Below, one piece after another: positions 36,555 through 49,299 of a stretch of 64,000 nucleotides of DNA. Source of the DNA: Lama glama (Eukaryota); NCBI GenBank assembly GCA_028534125.1, contig CM052841.1, positions 62,062,001-62,126,000 of the forward strand, given 5' to 3'. The notes below the pieces were generated by a model that was not told the origin of the DNA, made no database searches, and saw only the letters and a program-made list of their open reading frames with translations. The translations under genes and the position numbers were made by a program. Within the stretch, counting starts at the first letter, position 1; each line of letters starts with the position of its first letter.

Positions 36555-37169
36555 TAGGAGGACAGGTGGGCCCTGTGGGCCGCTGGAAAGACTGGGGAAG
36601 AGACTGGGTCGCCTCCAGCCCCCAAATTCCTGTTTAGGGAATGGTACCGGTAAATGTGTGGCAGGCAGCAGGCTCTCTGGTGTCCTCTGGGCAACACTGA
36701 ACATTGCTCTCCACTTTGGTGTGGGTTCGTGCCAGGGGACAGAGAGAGATAAGCAGGGGGCCTTGGATGCCAGGCTGTGGGCATTCTGGAGGCAGTGGGG
36801 AGCCCTTGTGGGTTTCAAGCTGGGCAGGGAGATAATGAGAACTTGCTTTGGACAACAGCACTGGGCTTGGAGTCAGAGAACTGGGTTTCCAGCATTGCCT
36901 CCCTGGGTGACGTTGGGGGCAAGTTACTGATGCTCTCAGGATTTGGACTCCATTTCCTGAAAACACTGGGGCTACTTCTGGGATCCTTCCCAATCAAGGA
37001 GCACAGCTGGCCCAGACTAGTGAGAGCCTTTTTAAGATCAAAGGAATTCTCTGGCCTGACACCCAGAAGGTGCAGAAAGTTAAAAAATAATAATAATAAT
37101 AACATTCATTGAGCACTAACCATGGATTAAGAACTTTACAAGATATTAACTCATTAATCTTCTCAATGA

Positions 37170-37607
37170 CTCCCCCGTGTTCTCAGTTTAAAGGTCAACA
37201 TTGTGGCCCCACAAGGCCCTGCCTGGTGTGATCCTATTAATCCCTCGGGCCTCATCTCAGTCCTCTCTCCCCCTCACTCTGTGCACTCAGGTTCTTTCAG
37301 TCTCAAAAATGAATGTGACATGCCCTGCCCACCTCAGGGCCTTTGCACAAGCCATTATACCCACCAGGAATGTGGTTACGCTGCTCTCCACCCTCTCTTA
37401 GCATCTTCATCTTCTAGTCTCAACTCAGTAGCCATCTAGCTACATCAGGTTCTTGTGTGCTTGCACTCGATTTCAGATGACATAGCCTCCATATGTAAGT
37501 ACATAAAGATACATACCTATGTGGTTGCCTGATCCATCTCGGCCTCCCACTAGACCATGGGGCCCAAGAGGCCAGGATGCCTCTTTAGGATGCTTGCTGA
37601 AGGAAAT

Positions 37608-37662
<55 letters not shown>

Positions 37663-37680
37663 ATGTTTGCTGAAGGAATA
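37170..37680 (+). mobile_element. L2 3' fragment
   Basis: cccacctcagggcctttgcaca; tail ...aaatgtttgctgaaggaata. Confidence 0.55.
37609..37660. repeat. (AGAT)13 tetranucleotide microsatellite
   Basis: 52 nt of perfect AGAT. Confidence 0.97.
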
Positions 37681-38129
37681 AACAACAGTGCCCAAAGGTT
37701 ACTATTGTTATCATTCACATTGTTTTCAAAAGCAGTTATAGGTTCCAAGTCAGAGATTTGTCCAAAGTCACAAGATGAACCTGGAAGTCTCCTCTCTGCA
37801 GGAGGTGGGGGCTGGGACCTATCTAAGCCAGAGGGTCACTGTGAGCGGGGGTCAAGACTGGAGGAACTTTAGCCTATCTGCGAAGCAGGTCTGCTGGGGA
37901 AGCGCCTTCAAGGGCAGTGCTGCAAGAGGATGTGCTGAGCACAGCTGCCTGGGCAGAAGAGGAAGGAACCGAGGGAGGGAGAGTTGGGGCCCCAGACCCT
38001 GCTCCCTGCAGCTGCAGCAAAATCTTCCGCAGAGTCCCGGGCCCTCACCCTGACCCCTCACCACTTCTACAACACTTTCACACACTCATGCTGCCTAATG
38101 TTGATTTTCAAGTTTGGATTAGAGCTGGG

Positions 38130-38490
38130 GGCCTGGCCCACTTACCAACTATGGGTAGGAACACAAATTGGTACAACCAATCTGGAGGGTGATTTGACTA
38201 TATCTGTGAAAATTTTAAAGTGCATACCCTTTGAGCCAGCAGTTTTGCTTCTGGGAGTTTATTCTAAAGATACTCTAATGCCAGTTGGCAATGATATCCA
38301 CACGAGGAGGGTGCACTGTTTGTCATGGCAAAGAATTGGAAGCCACTTCATGTCCATCAGTAGGAGACAGATAAGTAACTTATGCTGCATTGATCCCATG
38401 AAAAACCATGTAGTCGTTAAAAAGAATGAGCTGACCTAGATGAACTGACCTAGGAGAATGTTCATAATATATGCATATATTGTTAAGATT
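38130..38490 (+). mobile_element. Old L1 (L1ME-like) fragment
   Basis: caaattggtacaacc, tgcataccctttgagccagca, taaaaagaatgag. Confidence 0.65.
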
Positions 38491-38498
38491 TTTTAAAA

Positions 38499-38623
38499 TT
38501 ATTTTTTGTCAGGGGGAGGAAATTAGGTTTATTTATTTATTTAATGGAGGTGCTGAGGATTGAACCCAAGAGCTCGTGCATGCTAAGCACCCACTCTACC
38601 ACTGAGGGGTACCCTCCCCCCTC
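38499..38623 (-). mobile_element. tRNA-Ala(AGC)-derived SINE, long form
   Basis: 14-bp TSD AAGATTTTTTAAAA at 38485-98 and 38624-37; head plus tail module. Confidence 0.9.
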
Positions 38624-38659
38624 AAGATTTTTTAAAAGTTGCAGAACAATCTATGTTTC

Positions 38660-39065
38660 TATGATTGATTGCTGAGTAGCAAACCACTGTGAAAGAGGCC
38701 AGTTTTTGGCCCCACGAGGCATCAGCAGGGCTCACTCATATGGTTGACTTCACGTGAGAGTTTAGCTGGGCTGGAAGCTGCATGACGGCCTCTCGTCCTC
38801 CAGCCTCTCTCCACGTAGCTGCCAGTCACCCTGCATTCTAGCCTGAGCTTCCTTGCAGCCTAGCGGCTGGATCCCAAGAGTATTTCAAGAGGACAAGCCT
38901 CAAACTGCAAGCCCTTATGGACCCTTACTTGCATCGTGCTTGCTAATGTCCCCTCTGTCAAGGCAAGTCACATGATCAGGTCCAAACTCAGTGTGAGGGG
39001 AGCCTATCCCAGGGGATGAATCCTGGGAGGCCAGATGCATTAGGGGCCATTACAGTAACAATCTA
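38660..39065 (-). mobile_element. MLT1-type MaLR LTR fragment
   Basis: ttgctaatgtcccctctgtcaaggcaagtcacatgatcaggtcca. Confidence 0.6.
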
Positions 39066-40519
39066 GCATGATATATGCAATTAGATAATTTTTTAAAGAA
39101 ACGGTACATGTTTTTAATAAAATACCATCTTAACATATATGTTGTTTAATACACATATGTGTGTGCATATGTTTGTATACCTGCTGATGTAAGTCTGAAA
39201 GATAATTTAATAATCTGTTAACAGTGATTAACTTTCAGGAGTAGAAATTGACCTAGAGGAGGTAGAATGTTTCAGTTTTTACTTTATAACTTTTTTTAGG
39301 ATTTGAATATTTTAAAAGTGAGATATATTATTTTTGCAGTAAAAAATTTTTATAATGCAGAATGAAAGCCTTTGCTTGTCATCAGATAAAAATCTTCAGC
39401 ACAACTTTTGATAGCGTCGCCTTCATTCCCCTAATGCTGGACGTTTAGGCTGTTTCTAATTGTTCTGCCGTTGCAGGCAACATTCTGACGAACATTCTTG
39501 GAGCCAAATCTTTTCACGGGTCCTAAATTAATTCTCTCAGGATAAGTTCTAAGAAAAGGAACTGCTGAGTTGAAGGTTAGAAACATTGTAAGGATGTGAT
39601 ACATTATGCCAGATTGTCCTGCCAACCTACAGATAGATCCTCCCAGCCCATCAGCAGGTGAGGGGAGTGTACACTGTGGTCCAGTCTGGTGTCCACCCTC
39701 ACAAGAACCCAGTGCCCATTACACAGATGAAAGAATTAAGACTAAGAAAGAGGAAGCAACTTGCCCAAAGCCGACAGAGCAATATGCAGCTGGGGGAAGG
39801 GGCACTAGCTCAGCGGAGAGTTCCTTTGCTCTCTGTCTAGCCTCGGATGCCTGGTCCCAGGCCCTGTCTTCCCTCCTGCTCAGGGCAAAGTCTAACCCAC
39901 CTTGACGGTGAGTGAACTGGGCCCTGCTCACCTGCCTGCCCCTCCTCCCTCCTGACCTCCAGCCCTCACCCTCTGACCTCCATCCTGCTTTCAGTTCCCC
40001 CAAGGAATAGAATGCTGCCTGGTCTCCAAACCTTTGTACAGGCTGACCCTTCTGCCTAGAACACCCTCTTCGACACAACACCGCCCCCATCCCCATCAAC
40101 TTCCTCCTGGAAGCCTTCCCTGATCACCTGAGGGGAAGTTCAGTAACGAGGTCACATGTACATTGCTGGATTTTCCATTCATTCATGCCTGCTTACATTA
40201 ATTTGTTCACTCAACACAGTGTTTCCTGGATGCTAGTTTGTGCCGGGCACCAGGCTGGATGGCTGGGACGTGGGGTGAGCAGACCCTCCGTGCCCTGCTG
40301 AGCTCAGTCTCAGTCTGGGTTGGGGGAAGGGACAGACAACACCAGTTCATGCATGAACAGTGCTGGGCTGGGCATGGGCCATACACACATGGGAACCCAA
40401 CATTCCTCCAGCTCGAATAATACAAATATCCATTTAAAAGGGGGAAACCTCTCAGGGCCCAGAGGTGACATGGATTATTTCAATTATTCTGTTCCTTAAA
40501 TATGAATGAACTCAATAAC

Positions 40520-40760
40520 CATACTGGCTTATATTTTTTTTGAGCCCCTGCTCTGTTCCCCTGACATGTATTAACTCACCGAGATCTTACCACCACCTTC
40601 AAGGCAAGGACAAGTATTGTCCCCATTATACAGAAGAGGAAACTGAGGCTCAGAGACAGATGTCATTTGCCCACAGTCACCCAGCTAGGAAGTGGCAGAG
40701 CCACGATTTGGACCCACACAGGCAGGGTCCTGAGTCCTGGATTCTTGACACTACACCACA
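40520..40760 (-). mobile_element. MIR SINE
   Basis: ccccattatacagaagaggaaactgaggctcagaga. Confidence 0.85.
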
Positions 40761-41395
40761 CAGCTACAAATTAAGCACAAACCACACAACAAGAACAGCA
40801 TCCAAACTGTTGCACAAACTGAATGTGACAGACGATGATGTTCTGCGGAAATGAGGTTGCTCCTCCACCGTGTTGCGTTTAGCTCCTGTGCTCCCCGGGG
40901 GCCCTGGCCTGCCCACTCCATTTCTCTTTCCAAGCCACAGGGAAATCATCAGTTTTGTCCTTCACTTAGCAAAACAGCTTTTTTTTTTTAATTTTCAATT
41001 TAATTTTTGGAATAGATAATACTTTCACATGGTTCTAAAATTTTTTAAAATTATATGCACACATAGATATGATAGATACATGTTTATAGATACAGTTCCC
41101 ACTCCTCTCCCCAAGAAGGCAGCTATCAGCTTCTTGTATGTCTTTCCAGAGATAGTTTCTACAAATATAAATATATATTCTATTTTTTCTTTCATTGAAA
41201 AGTCTCACACCACGTTGGTGGCTCTGCCCCCTGCTATTTCCACTTAACAGAGGGTCTTAGAGAGCCTTGCATATCAGTGGGGAAAGGGCTTCCTCATTCC
41301 TGTTCACAGTTGTGTCATGTTCCTGCCTGTCCCCTGACAGTGCACAGGAGGGTTGGTCCTGACCATCACAATTGCCCTATTTTGGTTTAAGTCAC

Positions 41396-41540
41396 GTGGT
41401 AGACGGTCTTTAAGAAGACTCCCAGTGATACCCACCTCCTGGTATTCATGCCTCCGGGTGATTCCTACCTTCTGAGAATAGGTTGGGTCTAGAGGCTGGC
41501 TTTTAATGAACAGATATAGTGAATGTCATGGGATGGCTGA
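41396..41540 (+). mobile_element. MLT1E/F-like LTR 5' fragment
   Basis: gtggtagac...cccagtgatacccacctcctggtattcatgcc. Confidence 0.6.
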
Positions 41541-42234
41541 GAGGGCCTAGAAGCAGTGACACCCTAGTAGCAACAGGCTGGTATTTCTAAATACCATTCT
41601 CTAATGAAAGTGATCAGGACTCCGAGAGATGACAGATTCTAAGGCTAAGACAGGGAAAATATAAGATGAGCTGGAGCATCTTGTACTGCAGGAAAGCAAG
41701 GAAATGCTCCAAAAACAAATGGACTAGGACACGTCAAAGGGACACAGGAACCAACTAAAAGAGCACCCAGTGGCCAAAGCAGGAACCATTTGCACAACAA
41801 AATAAATAACACAGTGTTAGATTACAACTCAAAGTCTAAAATAAGTATATGAGTCCATATTGATATAAGTAAATGATTAAATAAAAAGTAAATGGGAGCG
41901 AAGGGGCAAATCATCCTTACTGAAGAATTCCAACTAATTTACCATACTCACTGAGTATGGGCTGGACTTAGTGATTCATTTCCAAAGGGCAGACTATGGA
42001 GGAAAGAAGGGTAACCTCACCGTGGAGAAATCTATCGGATACCACCTCCATCAAGAGAACCAAGAGATAAAGGTTAATCTCCGAGGTGACGTCACCTGGA
42101 TACCAGGTGCCCCCTAATTTAAGATAGTGTAGAGGGTGCGGCATCTATTTCTGTGGTAGCCCACTCCCAAATCCATAATCCCAACGTAATCGTGAGAACA
42201 ACAAAGACAAACTCAAATCAAGAGACGTTCTACA

Positions 42235-42652
42235 ATGGATGTCCCTGGAGAATGTCATTCTAAGTGAAGTAAGCCAGAAAGAGAAAGAAAAATACCATAT
42301 GAGAGAGCTCATATGTGGAATCTAAAAAAACAAAAAAACATAAATACCAAACAGAAACAGACTCATAGACAAAGAATACAAATTTGTGGTTGCCAAGGGG
42401 GAGGGGTGGGAAAAGACAGACTGGGAGTTTGAAATTTGTAGATACTGACAGGCGTATGTAGAATAGATAAACAAGATATTACTGTATAGCACAGGGAAAT
42501 ATATACAAGATCTTGTAGCTCACAGCGAAAAAAATGTGACAATGAATATATATATGTTCATGTATAACTGAAAAATTGTGCTCTACACTGGTAATTGATA
42601 CAACATTGTAAACTGACTATAACTCAATAAAAAAAAAAGTTTAAAAAAAAAG
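42235..42652 (+). mobile_element. Young lineage-specific L1 3' end with poly(A)
   Basis: cattctaagtgaagtaagccagaaagagaaagaaaaataccatat ... aactgactataactcaataaaaa; degenerate TSD 42221-34 / 42653-66. Confidence 0.9.
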
Positions 42653-42989
42653 AGAGATGTCCAACAGAATACTTGGCAGGATCTCCTCAAAACTCAAGGT
42701 CACGAGAAGCAAGGAAAGACTGAGAAATTGTCCCAGACCAGAAGAAATGAAGCAGATGTGACAAAATTGCAATGTGGTACCCTGGGTTGGATCCTGAGAC
42801 AGATACAGGATGTTAGTGTAAAAAGGAGTGAAATCTGAATAAAGGCTGAAATTTCGTTAATAACAAAGTACCAAAGTTGGTTTCTCTTGCGAAACACTCC
42901 ATGGTGAACTAAGATGACTGAGTGAAGGATTTATAGAAACTCTCTGTGTTATCATGGCCATTTTCCTGTAAATCTAACATTCCAAAATT

Positions 42990-43027
42990 TTAAGAGCCTC
43001 ATGCTCTACCGACTGAGCTAGCCAGGT
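42990..43027 (-). pseudogene. Tailless 5'-half tRNA-Lys(CTT) retropseudogene
   Basis: Reverse complement ACCTGGCTAGCTCAGTCGGTAGAGCATGAGGCTCTTAA vs tRNA-Lys(CTT) nt 1-38 as I recall it (35/38); TSD AAAATTTTAA at 42984-93 and 43032-41; no poly(A). Confidence 0.85.
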
Positions 43028-43254
43028 GCCGAAAATTTTAAAGTTTATTGAGGAAAAAAAGTGATCAGTTTCCCTCTCTGCACTGTTATTTTCTCCTTGG
43101 CCTTGACATAGCCCTGCTTGACTCAGACACAAGCAGAAATGCCACCACAGGCCAGGCTCCAGGCTCCCCATAGTCCAGTTTGGAGGCTGGCAATTTTACT
43201 AGATTATTGAAATAAATATTAATAACTTGAAAATCCTCAGGGCCCCCAGTTTGA

Positions 43255-44410
43255 AGACAATCACTCCCCTGCTTCATTTCTCCAATAGTGTCTCACTGTT
43301 CTGGAGAAGAAACCAAATTCCTTACTGTACCCTGCAAGGCCTTCAGAGTGTCCCCCTACTTATTCTCAGAGCTCAATTTCTACGTTTCCCTCTAGTCTCC
43401 TAGGCCCCTGACCACCGGACATCCCTGTCCCTGCCCGTGCCTGCCCCAGGGCATTTGCACACTTGCCGTCTCTGCCTGGTATGTCTTTCCCCACATCTTC
43501 CTGTGGAGAGACCGACCCTGATCGTCCATCTCCCTCCCGCCGCATCCCCTGTCACTCTCAACCACATCTCCCTACTGGCTTCATAGCATTGATCATTATC
43601 TAAAATTGCCTTGTTTATTTATGTGGGTGCTGTTTTGTTTTGTTTTGGTGAGTGTGCTGGTTAAGAGCCGTGGACTCTGGAGCCCTGCCACATCCCACCT
43701 CTGCCCTTGAACAAGTTATCTGGACTCTCTGGGTCTCAGCCTCCTCATCTATGATGAAGAATGATAAAAACACTGTGCCATAGGATTGTTGGGGGAATTT
43801 AAAGAATCTCTAAAAGGACTGGCCTACGCCTGACACATGGTAAGTGCCCAGCATATGGGTATCCCTTGTTTTTTTCAAAGTTCGCTTTACACCACTTTGG
43901 TTTTACAAAACACTTACACTAGGACCTGCTTTCCCTAACTAGAAGAAATGCAAAGAGGATTTTCACTTTCACGAAAAAAGGCAAAAAATGAAAATAGCGT
44001 TCAGCGTTTGTTTTGCTGGAGCCACCATGGAGGCAGCGCCCACCCGATGCAGCCAGAGTGGCGCCACCAAGCTCTTTCCCCAGAACCACACTCAGCATCT
44101 CAGCATCAAGCCGCCAAAGCTTTGGCCTGTGTGAGCATCTGTGCTTTATCTCGATGTATTTTGTGCATCCCTTAGCAAGATATGTCCTATTATGCCGTTT
44201 CAGCTTACAAAAGATTTCATAGGAACACTCCGCTTTCAGATAACCTCTGTGTTTGCTGTTGTTATTGCTATTATTCTCTGTCTCCCACCACCCCTGAGCA
44301 TGAGCTCTATGAGGAAAAGGACTTAGGCATTTTGGGGTTTGCTCACTACTCTATCCTCAATACAGAGCCTGGCACACAGGAGAGGGAATGAATGAATTGA
44401 TGGATGAATA
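43255..44410 (+). mobile_element. L2 3' region interrupted by a MIR (~43650-43850) and a Tigger
   Basis: cagggcatttgcacac; tail gagcctggcacacagg...gaatgaatgaat at 44365-44400. Confidence 0.6.
43858..44246 (-). mobile_element. TcMar-Tigger (Tigger6-like) internally deleted element
   Basis: 3' end reverse complement ATCTGAAAGCGGAGTGTTCCTATGAAATCTTTTGTAAGCTGAAACGGCAT resembles a Tigger6 terminus from memory. Confidence 0.5.
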
Positions 44411-44799
44411 ACGTGGAGTAAGGATGAGGAACACTGGGTTTGGAGTCAGCACACCTGCTTGCACTCTCTTCCCTTAGGAGCTTTGTGACCTTGGGTGAGT
44501 GATGTCTCCTCTCTGAGCCTCAGTTTCCCCATCCGGGGCCTCCTCAGAGAGTTGCTGGGAGGGTCCTGCACACTCCTGCACAGCAGGCTCTCAGCACGGG
44601 GCCTGGTGTGTGTGGGTGGGGCACGGGGAACAGCAGTCACACGCTACTCGACCTTGGCGACTCTGGTGCTGGCAGCTTGCAGATACGCGCGGATGCACAT
44701 GGCAGTTTGCAAACAGTTCCTGGGGCCCCATGACCCTGGTTCATCCTCAAACAGCCCCACCCTAGGTGATGGGCCCTGCCCTTGGGAGGGGGAGGCAGG

Positions 44800-45535
44800 A
44801 AGGGGGACCAGGTCAGAAGGCTGTGTTCCTGACTGACGAACCGGACTGCACCAGACAGGCTGGGCCTCCCTCAGCTGAGTTAAACTTCTAGAATGTGCTG
44901 CATTCCTTCCTCAGGGTGGCCAGTAGCTTCTGGGGGCAGCAGGAGGGCCTTGCCCTGATATTCCTGTGGCTGAGATTCTCAGACGGGAGAGCACAATGAA
45001 AGTGGACAGTGAACTTGGGGAGCTGATGGTCCTGAGGTCATGCAGTCGGAGCCACAGCCAGAGGGTGCCTGCATCCCGGCTAAAAGGAGTGTGGGCAGAA
45101 GTGACTGAGCATCATTTTCAGATCTGACCTATGAAAAATCTCCCACTTCATCCTCTACCCTCGCTTTGCCCATCTGCCAGCTGGATATCTGTGCCCAGGG
45201 CCACCTGGGAAGCCACGTGTGAAAACAGAAGAGCTTCCATCAACCAGCTGGATCCCTTGACGACTCCATGAAGCAAAGCCCTTCCCACCCATCCCTCCCT
45301 GCTGCTGAGTGAACTTTAGAATACTAAGAAATTAACTGCTGCTGGGGGAGGGTATAAGTCAGCGGTAGGGTGCATGCTTAACATGCATGAGGTCCCGGGT
45401 TCAATCCCCTGTACCTCCTCTAAAAATAAGTAAATGTAATTACCCTCAAAAAATAAATAAACTTAAAAAAAGAAATTAATTGTTAAACACTGAGATCTCA
45501 AGTGTTGTCAGTTATTGAAGCCAATTTACTATGTT
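44800..45535 (+). mobile_element. MaLR/ERVL LTR fragment (MLT1-like) containing a SINE
   Basis: gaagccacgtgtgaaaacagaagagc; 3' aacactgagatctcaagtgttgtcagtta. Confidence 0.45.
45344..45469 (+). mobile_element. tRNA-Ala(AGC)-derived SINE (more diverged)
   Basis: gggggagggtataagtcagcggtagggtgcatgcttaacatgcatgaggtcccgggttcaatcccctgtacctcc; imperfect TSD 45326-40 / 45470-84. Confidence 0.88.
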
Positions 45536-45939
45536 TTTCTACCATGCCCATTTTAGGCAAATATTTTTTTAATGCTTTTTTAATATTTTTCCACCAGCTT
45601 ACCAAACTAAGACACATATAGTGTAAAAAGTTGAAACATGACAGAAATAAGGAGTGAAGGACTCCTGGGTGCCCTGCCTGCTTCTGCAATGAGAGAGAAA
45701 ACCACTATTAATAGTTTGGCTAAATTCCTCCAGATTTGTTTGGCTGTGCGATGACAGCATATTTTTATATAAAAAGCATCACATGATACATATTGCTCTG
45801 CAAGATTTCCTTTCACTTAGCAGCATACCTTGGCTATCTTTCCATGTTTGGACACAGGGCTCTATCTACCTCATTCTTTTTGACATTGGTCTGGCATTCC
45901 ATAACACACATACACTAAAATGGATTTAATGGGGCCCTA

Positions 45940-46447
45940 GATCAGTCATTTACTGCTGTAAAGCAAATTACCCCCAGAGCCAGCAGGTTAGAACAACAAA
46001 TATTTATTATCTTTGAGGTCCCGGGGGTCAGGAATCTGGGAGTGGCTCAGCTGGATGGTTCTGGTCCTGGACCCCTCATGGGGTTGCAGCCACCCCGTTG
46101 GCTAGGGCTACTGTCTTCTGCAGGGGCTGGAGACTCGGCTTCCAGCCTCATTCCTGTGATCATTGCAGGCATCAGCTCCTCGCTGGCTGTGGCTGGAGGC
46201 TCCAGTTCCAGGGGCCTCCCCATAGGCTATCTACGTGTCCCCGTGATGCTTGCCCCTGGGTGAGTAATGAGAGAGCCCAAGCTGGAAGCCACAGTCTTTG
46301 ATAAGCTAATCTCAGAAGTGACATACCACAATGACAGGCCACCCTGCCACTGGTCACCCACGGCAACTCTGGTATACGTGGGAGGGGCCTCCCAAGGCTG
46401 ACCACCAGGACTCGAGGCACTTTGGGGCTATGTTGGCGGCTGCCACC
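45940..46447 (-). mobile_element. MLT1F/G/H-type LTR inserted in an old L1 (45560-46560)
   Basis: aaattaccccc...aacaacaaatatttattatct...ggtcaggaatctgggagtggctcagctggatggttctgg; cagaagtgacatacc. Confidence 0.75.
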
Positions 46448-48179
46448 TCAGGCACCTACTGATGGAATGTGGAGATTTCCCCTTGTCTCCATTCCAAATC
46501 CCTCAGCAGTGAAATCCTTGCTCGTGTCCCTTTGTACACCTGTGAGAGAGCTGTTTTCCATCAGATAAGCTCCCCTGGGCAATTTACATGCATCAACTCA
46601 CTGAGTTCTTCCCACGTGGCAGTGAGGCAGATACAGTCACGGTACCCATGTCGCAGATGAAGGAGTCGATAATCACAGGGATCCCTCAGCTTAGCACCCT
46701 CAGGAACAGAGGAGGCTTGGTATGAGTTTCCTAGATGGCTCTTTTGATAGGAGAATAGGGTCAATGGAGCTGAGCAGTGAAGTTGACCATGAACCATAGC
46801 AACATCAGACTCACCCCGGACCTCCTGTAAGTAAATGAAAGGTGGGGCAAGGCGACCATCCCCATCATACAGATGAGGAAACTGAGGCTCAGGGAGGCAG
46901 AGACTTGCCTCCAGATTCACAGCCGGTCAATGACAGACCCAAAGGTCACACCCACATCCCCTGACCCCTAGACCCTCCTCCCAGATTCCCACCAAGTGCA
47001 GTGCCCCACACAGAACACACACCAACTCCTCTGGTCTCCAAGGAACCCTATGAGGTCAGCTTTATTCTCTCTCCCATTTGACAGAAGAGGAAAGTGAGGC
47101 TCTAAGACACACAGTATGAAAATGCTGCCAAAGCCACAGGCAGGCCATGGTCATGTGCAGGTCAGGAGCTGCCAGGGGCTCTGCAAAGGGCCATAGGAGA
47201 GAGGAAGGAAAGAGGAGGCAGGGCTTCATGTGAGAGAGATTAGCTCCTGAGCGCTGTTATTGAAAATTCATATCTTTGAGGCAGAACCAGAAACAGGATG
47301 TAGGTTTCCCTTAAAGGGTCTGGCGCCCCAAATAGACATGTACCATCCGATACATGTAAGCACCGTGGGAGAGGCAGTGCTGCTAAAGGGTAGGGCACAG
47401 GCTCAGGAGTCAGATAGGCTTCTGGCTGTGTGACTGTGGGTGCCTGGCTTGACCTCTCTGGGCCACTGTTAGGTGGCAGTGAGACACTAAGTAAATGATG
47501 ACAAGGGCTCTTTTCAATTTTGGCAGGTGGGAGCAATTTTGTTTGCCAAAACAGGAGGTCAAACCAAAGGACTATTTGTCCGGTTTTACCCCCCTCCTCA
47601 TCATGATAACCACCAGCAGCCCTGTGCTCCAGCGACCACAAACAGTCATACCATTACTTGAAAAGAGTGAACTTGCTGTGCAAGTGCAGCTTCCAGACCA
47701 ACCCCTGGTCTCCGCCCACAATTTCCCTCCATGCTGGTGCCCCGAGGCTCCTCCTGTGGGGTTGCTCTGTCCCGATGCCAACTGGGCCCGGCCACTGATC
47801 CAGGTACTCACCACTATGTTGACATGACAAGTTTGCCAATCCCCTCCAAGTACCTCCCAGTGCCTCCAGGGGACCAGGCTCTGCCCTGCCCTCCCAGAGC
47901 CCACCAACCAGAGCTCAGCCTGAGTCCCATAAATGCTGCCTGCATTTAGGAACTGCGATCCAAGCTCCCAGGGGTGTCCTGAGTATCAGGGTAGCAGTAA
48001 GAGAGAGACCAGGTTTCAGAGAGGGACACTGGACGGGGGGTTACAGGCCCAAGTCTAGGCCCGAGTTTGCCTTAAGTCTTGCTGTGTGATTTTGAGCAAA
48101 CCCCTGTCTCTCTCTGGGCCTTATAACTGAAGGGACCATAGATGGAGCTCTTTCAAACTAATCAAAACAGAGGTAATAT

Positions 48180-48370
48180 ACTTAGGATTCAGATAGCCCC
48201 TAGTTTTCAGCTTGTGTCTATCACCACTGGCTGAGTGACATTAAGGAAGGCACTTAACCTCTCTGAGCCCCAATTTCTTCATCTTAAAAATTTGAATAAT
48301 ATAAAATAAGAACCTGGGCAGGAAGCCCAGTGCTTGACCTATGGTAGGAGTATGATAAACAGCAGCTGTT
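48180..48370 (+). mobile_element. MIR SINE
   Basis: cacttaacctctctgagccccaatttcttcatc. Confidence 0.7.
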
Positions 48371-48419
48371 CCAATGAACTCTTTTTTAATTTCAAATAAT
48401 TGTTATTTTATCAAAATAA

Positions 48420-48605
48420 TGCCAGACTTCGATGAACCTGACATCACCACCTGGAACATGCGCTGTTACTTTTGTACCATCAAGAAAAAGACCCTGCCAG
48501 TTATAACTGTCAGGTGCATGCACCACGGATTGTAAAAAGATGTATTTTGATTTCAAAGATGTTTAAATGTGAATAAATGGGCATCTTAGAATTGATGAAA
48601 TACGG
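48420..48605 (-). mobile_element. MER104/Kanga-like (TcMar-Tc2) fragment
   Basis: gcatcttagaattgatgaaatacgg terminus. Confidence 0.6.
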
Positions 48606-49158
48606 TATGGGCGTGGAGAGCAAAACCAACTCGTGTTAAAAGGAAGATAACAACACGCAGAGGTTTCCTGTCTGCCCCTCCCTCATCACCTCACACCACC
48701 CCCCTCCAGAAGCAAACATGTTTGAGTCTTTGAGCTGTTTTTTCCTCGCACTTTCACACCACATATTTCTAGGCAATAAGCACATATTGTTGTCTTTTGA
48801 TACATTCGTTTTAGCCATTATCTACTATCTACCCTGTCTACCTGTCTACACTGCCTGCCCGCTACCTGTTATGATAAGGGAGGATTAGCCGTTCTGCACC
48901 ACCACCCTCCCCATTTCCTGTCCTCCATCATCCGGAGGTAGTTGCAATTCGGGGTTAAATCACTAGTCACACCTCAGATTTGTACACTTTTTTACGCAAC
49001 TCACTGAATGTATTTAACATCTCGATTTAAAAAATCACCCTTGGCCATTTTTCCTCTCTTGGATTGGCCCGCTCCCAATTCTTGGGAGTGCACTGTCTTC
49101 CACTATTTTTTTTACTTAGTTAATAAAAATCTTGTTTATATCACGCTTTTTGTAACAA

Positions 49159-49191
49159 AAAAATTAAAATTAAAATTAAAATTAAAATTAA
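49159..49191. repeat. (AAAATT)5 hexamer repeat
   Basis: aaaattaaaattaaaattaaaattaaaatta. Confidence 0.85.
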
Positions 49192-49299
49192 TCACTCTTC
49201 AGCGCTTACGTGATTTTTCTTTTGTAAACCTTACCCATAACAAAGCACTGCATTTCTTTACTTTCTTACTGTTTCTCCTGAAGTTAAGAATTACTTTAT

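Larger units (their letters stand above)
41545..43055 (+). mobile_element. Old L1 3' UTR (L1MC/L1MD-like) hosting two younger inserts
   Basis: gtatttctaaataccattctc, aagatgagctggagcatcttgta, gagaaattgtcccagacc, ttttcctgtaaatctaa. Confidence 0.75.
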
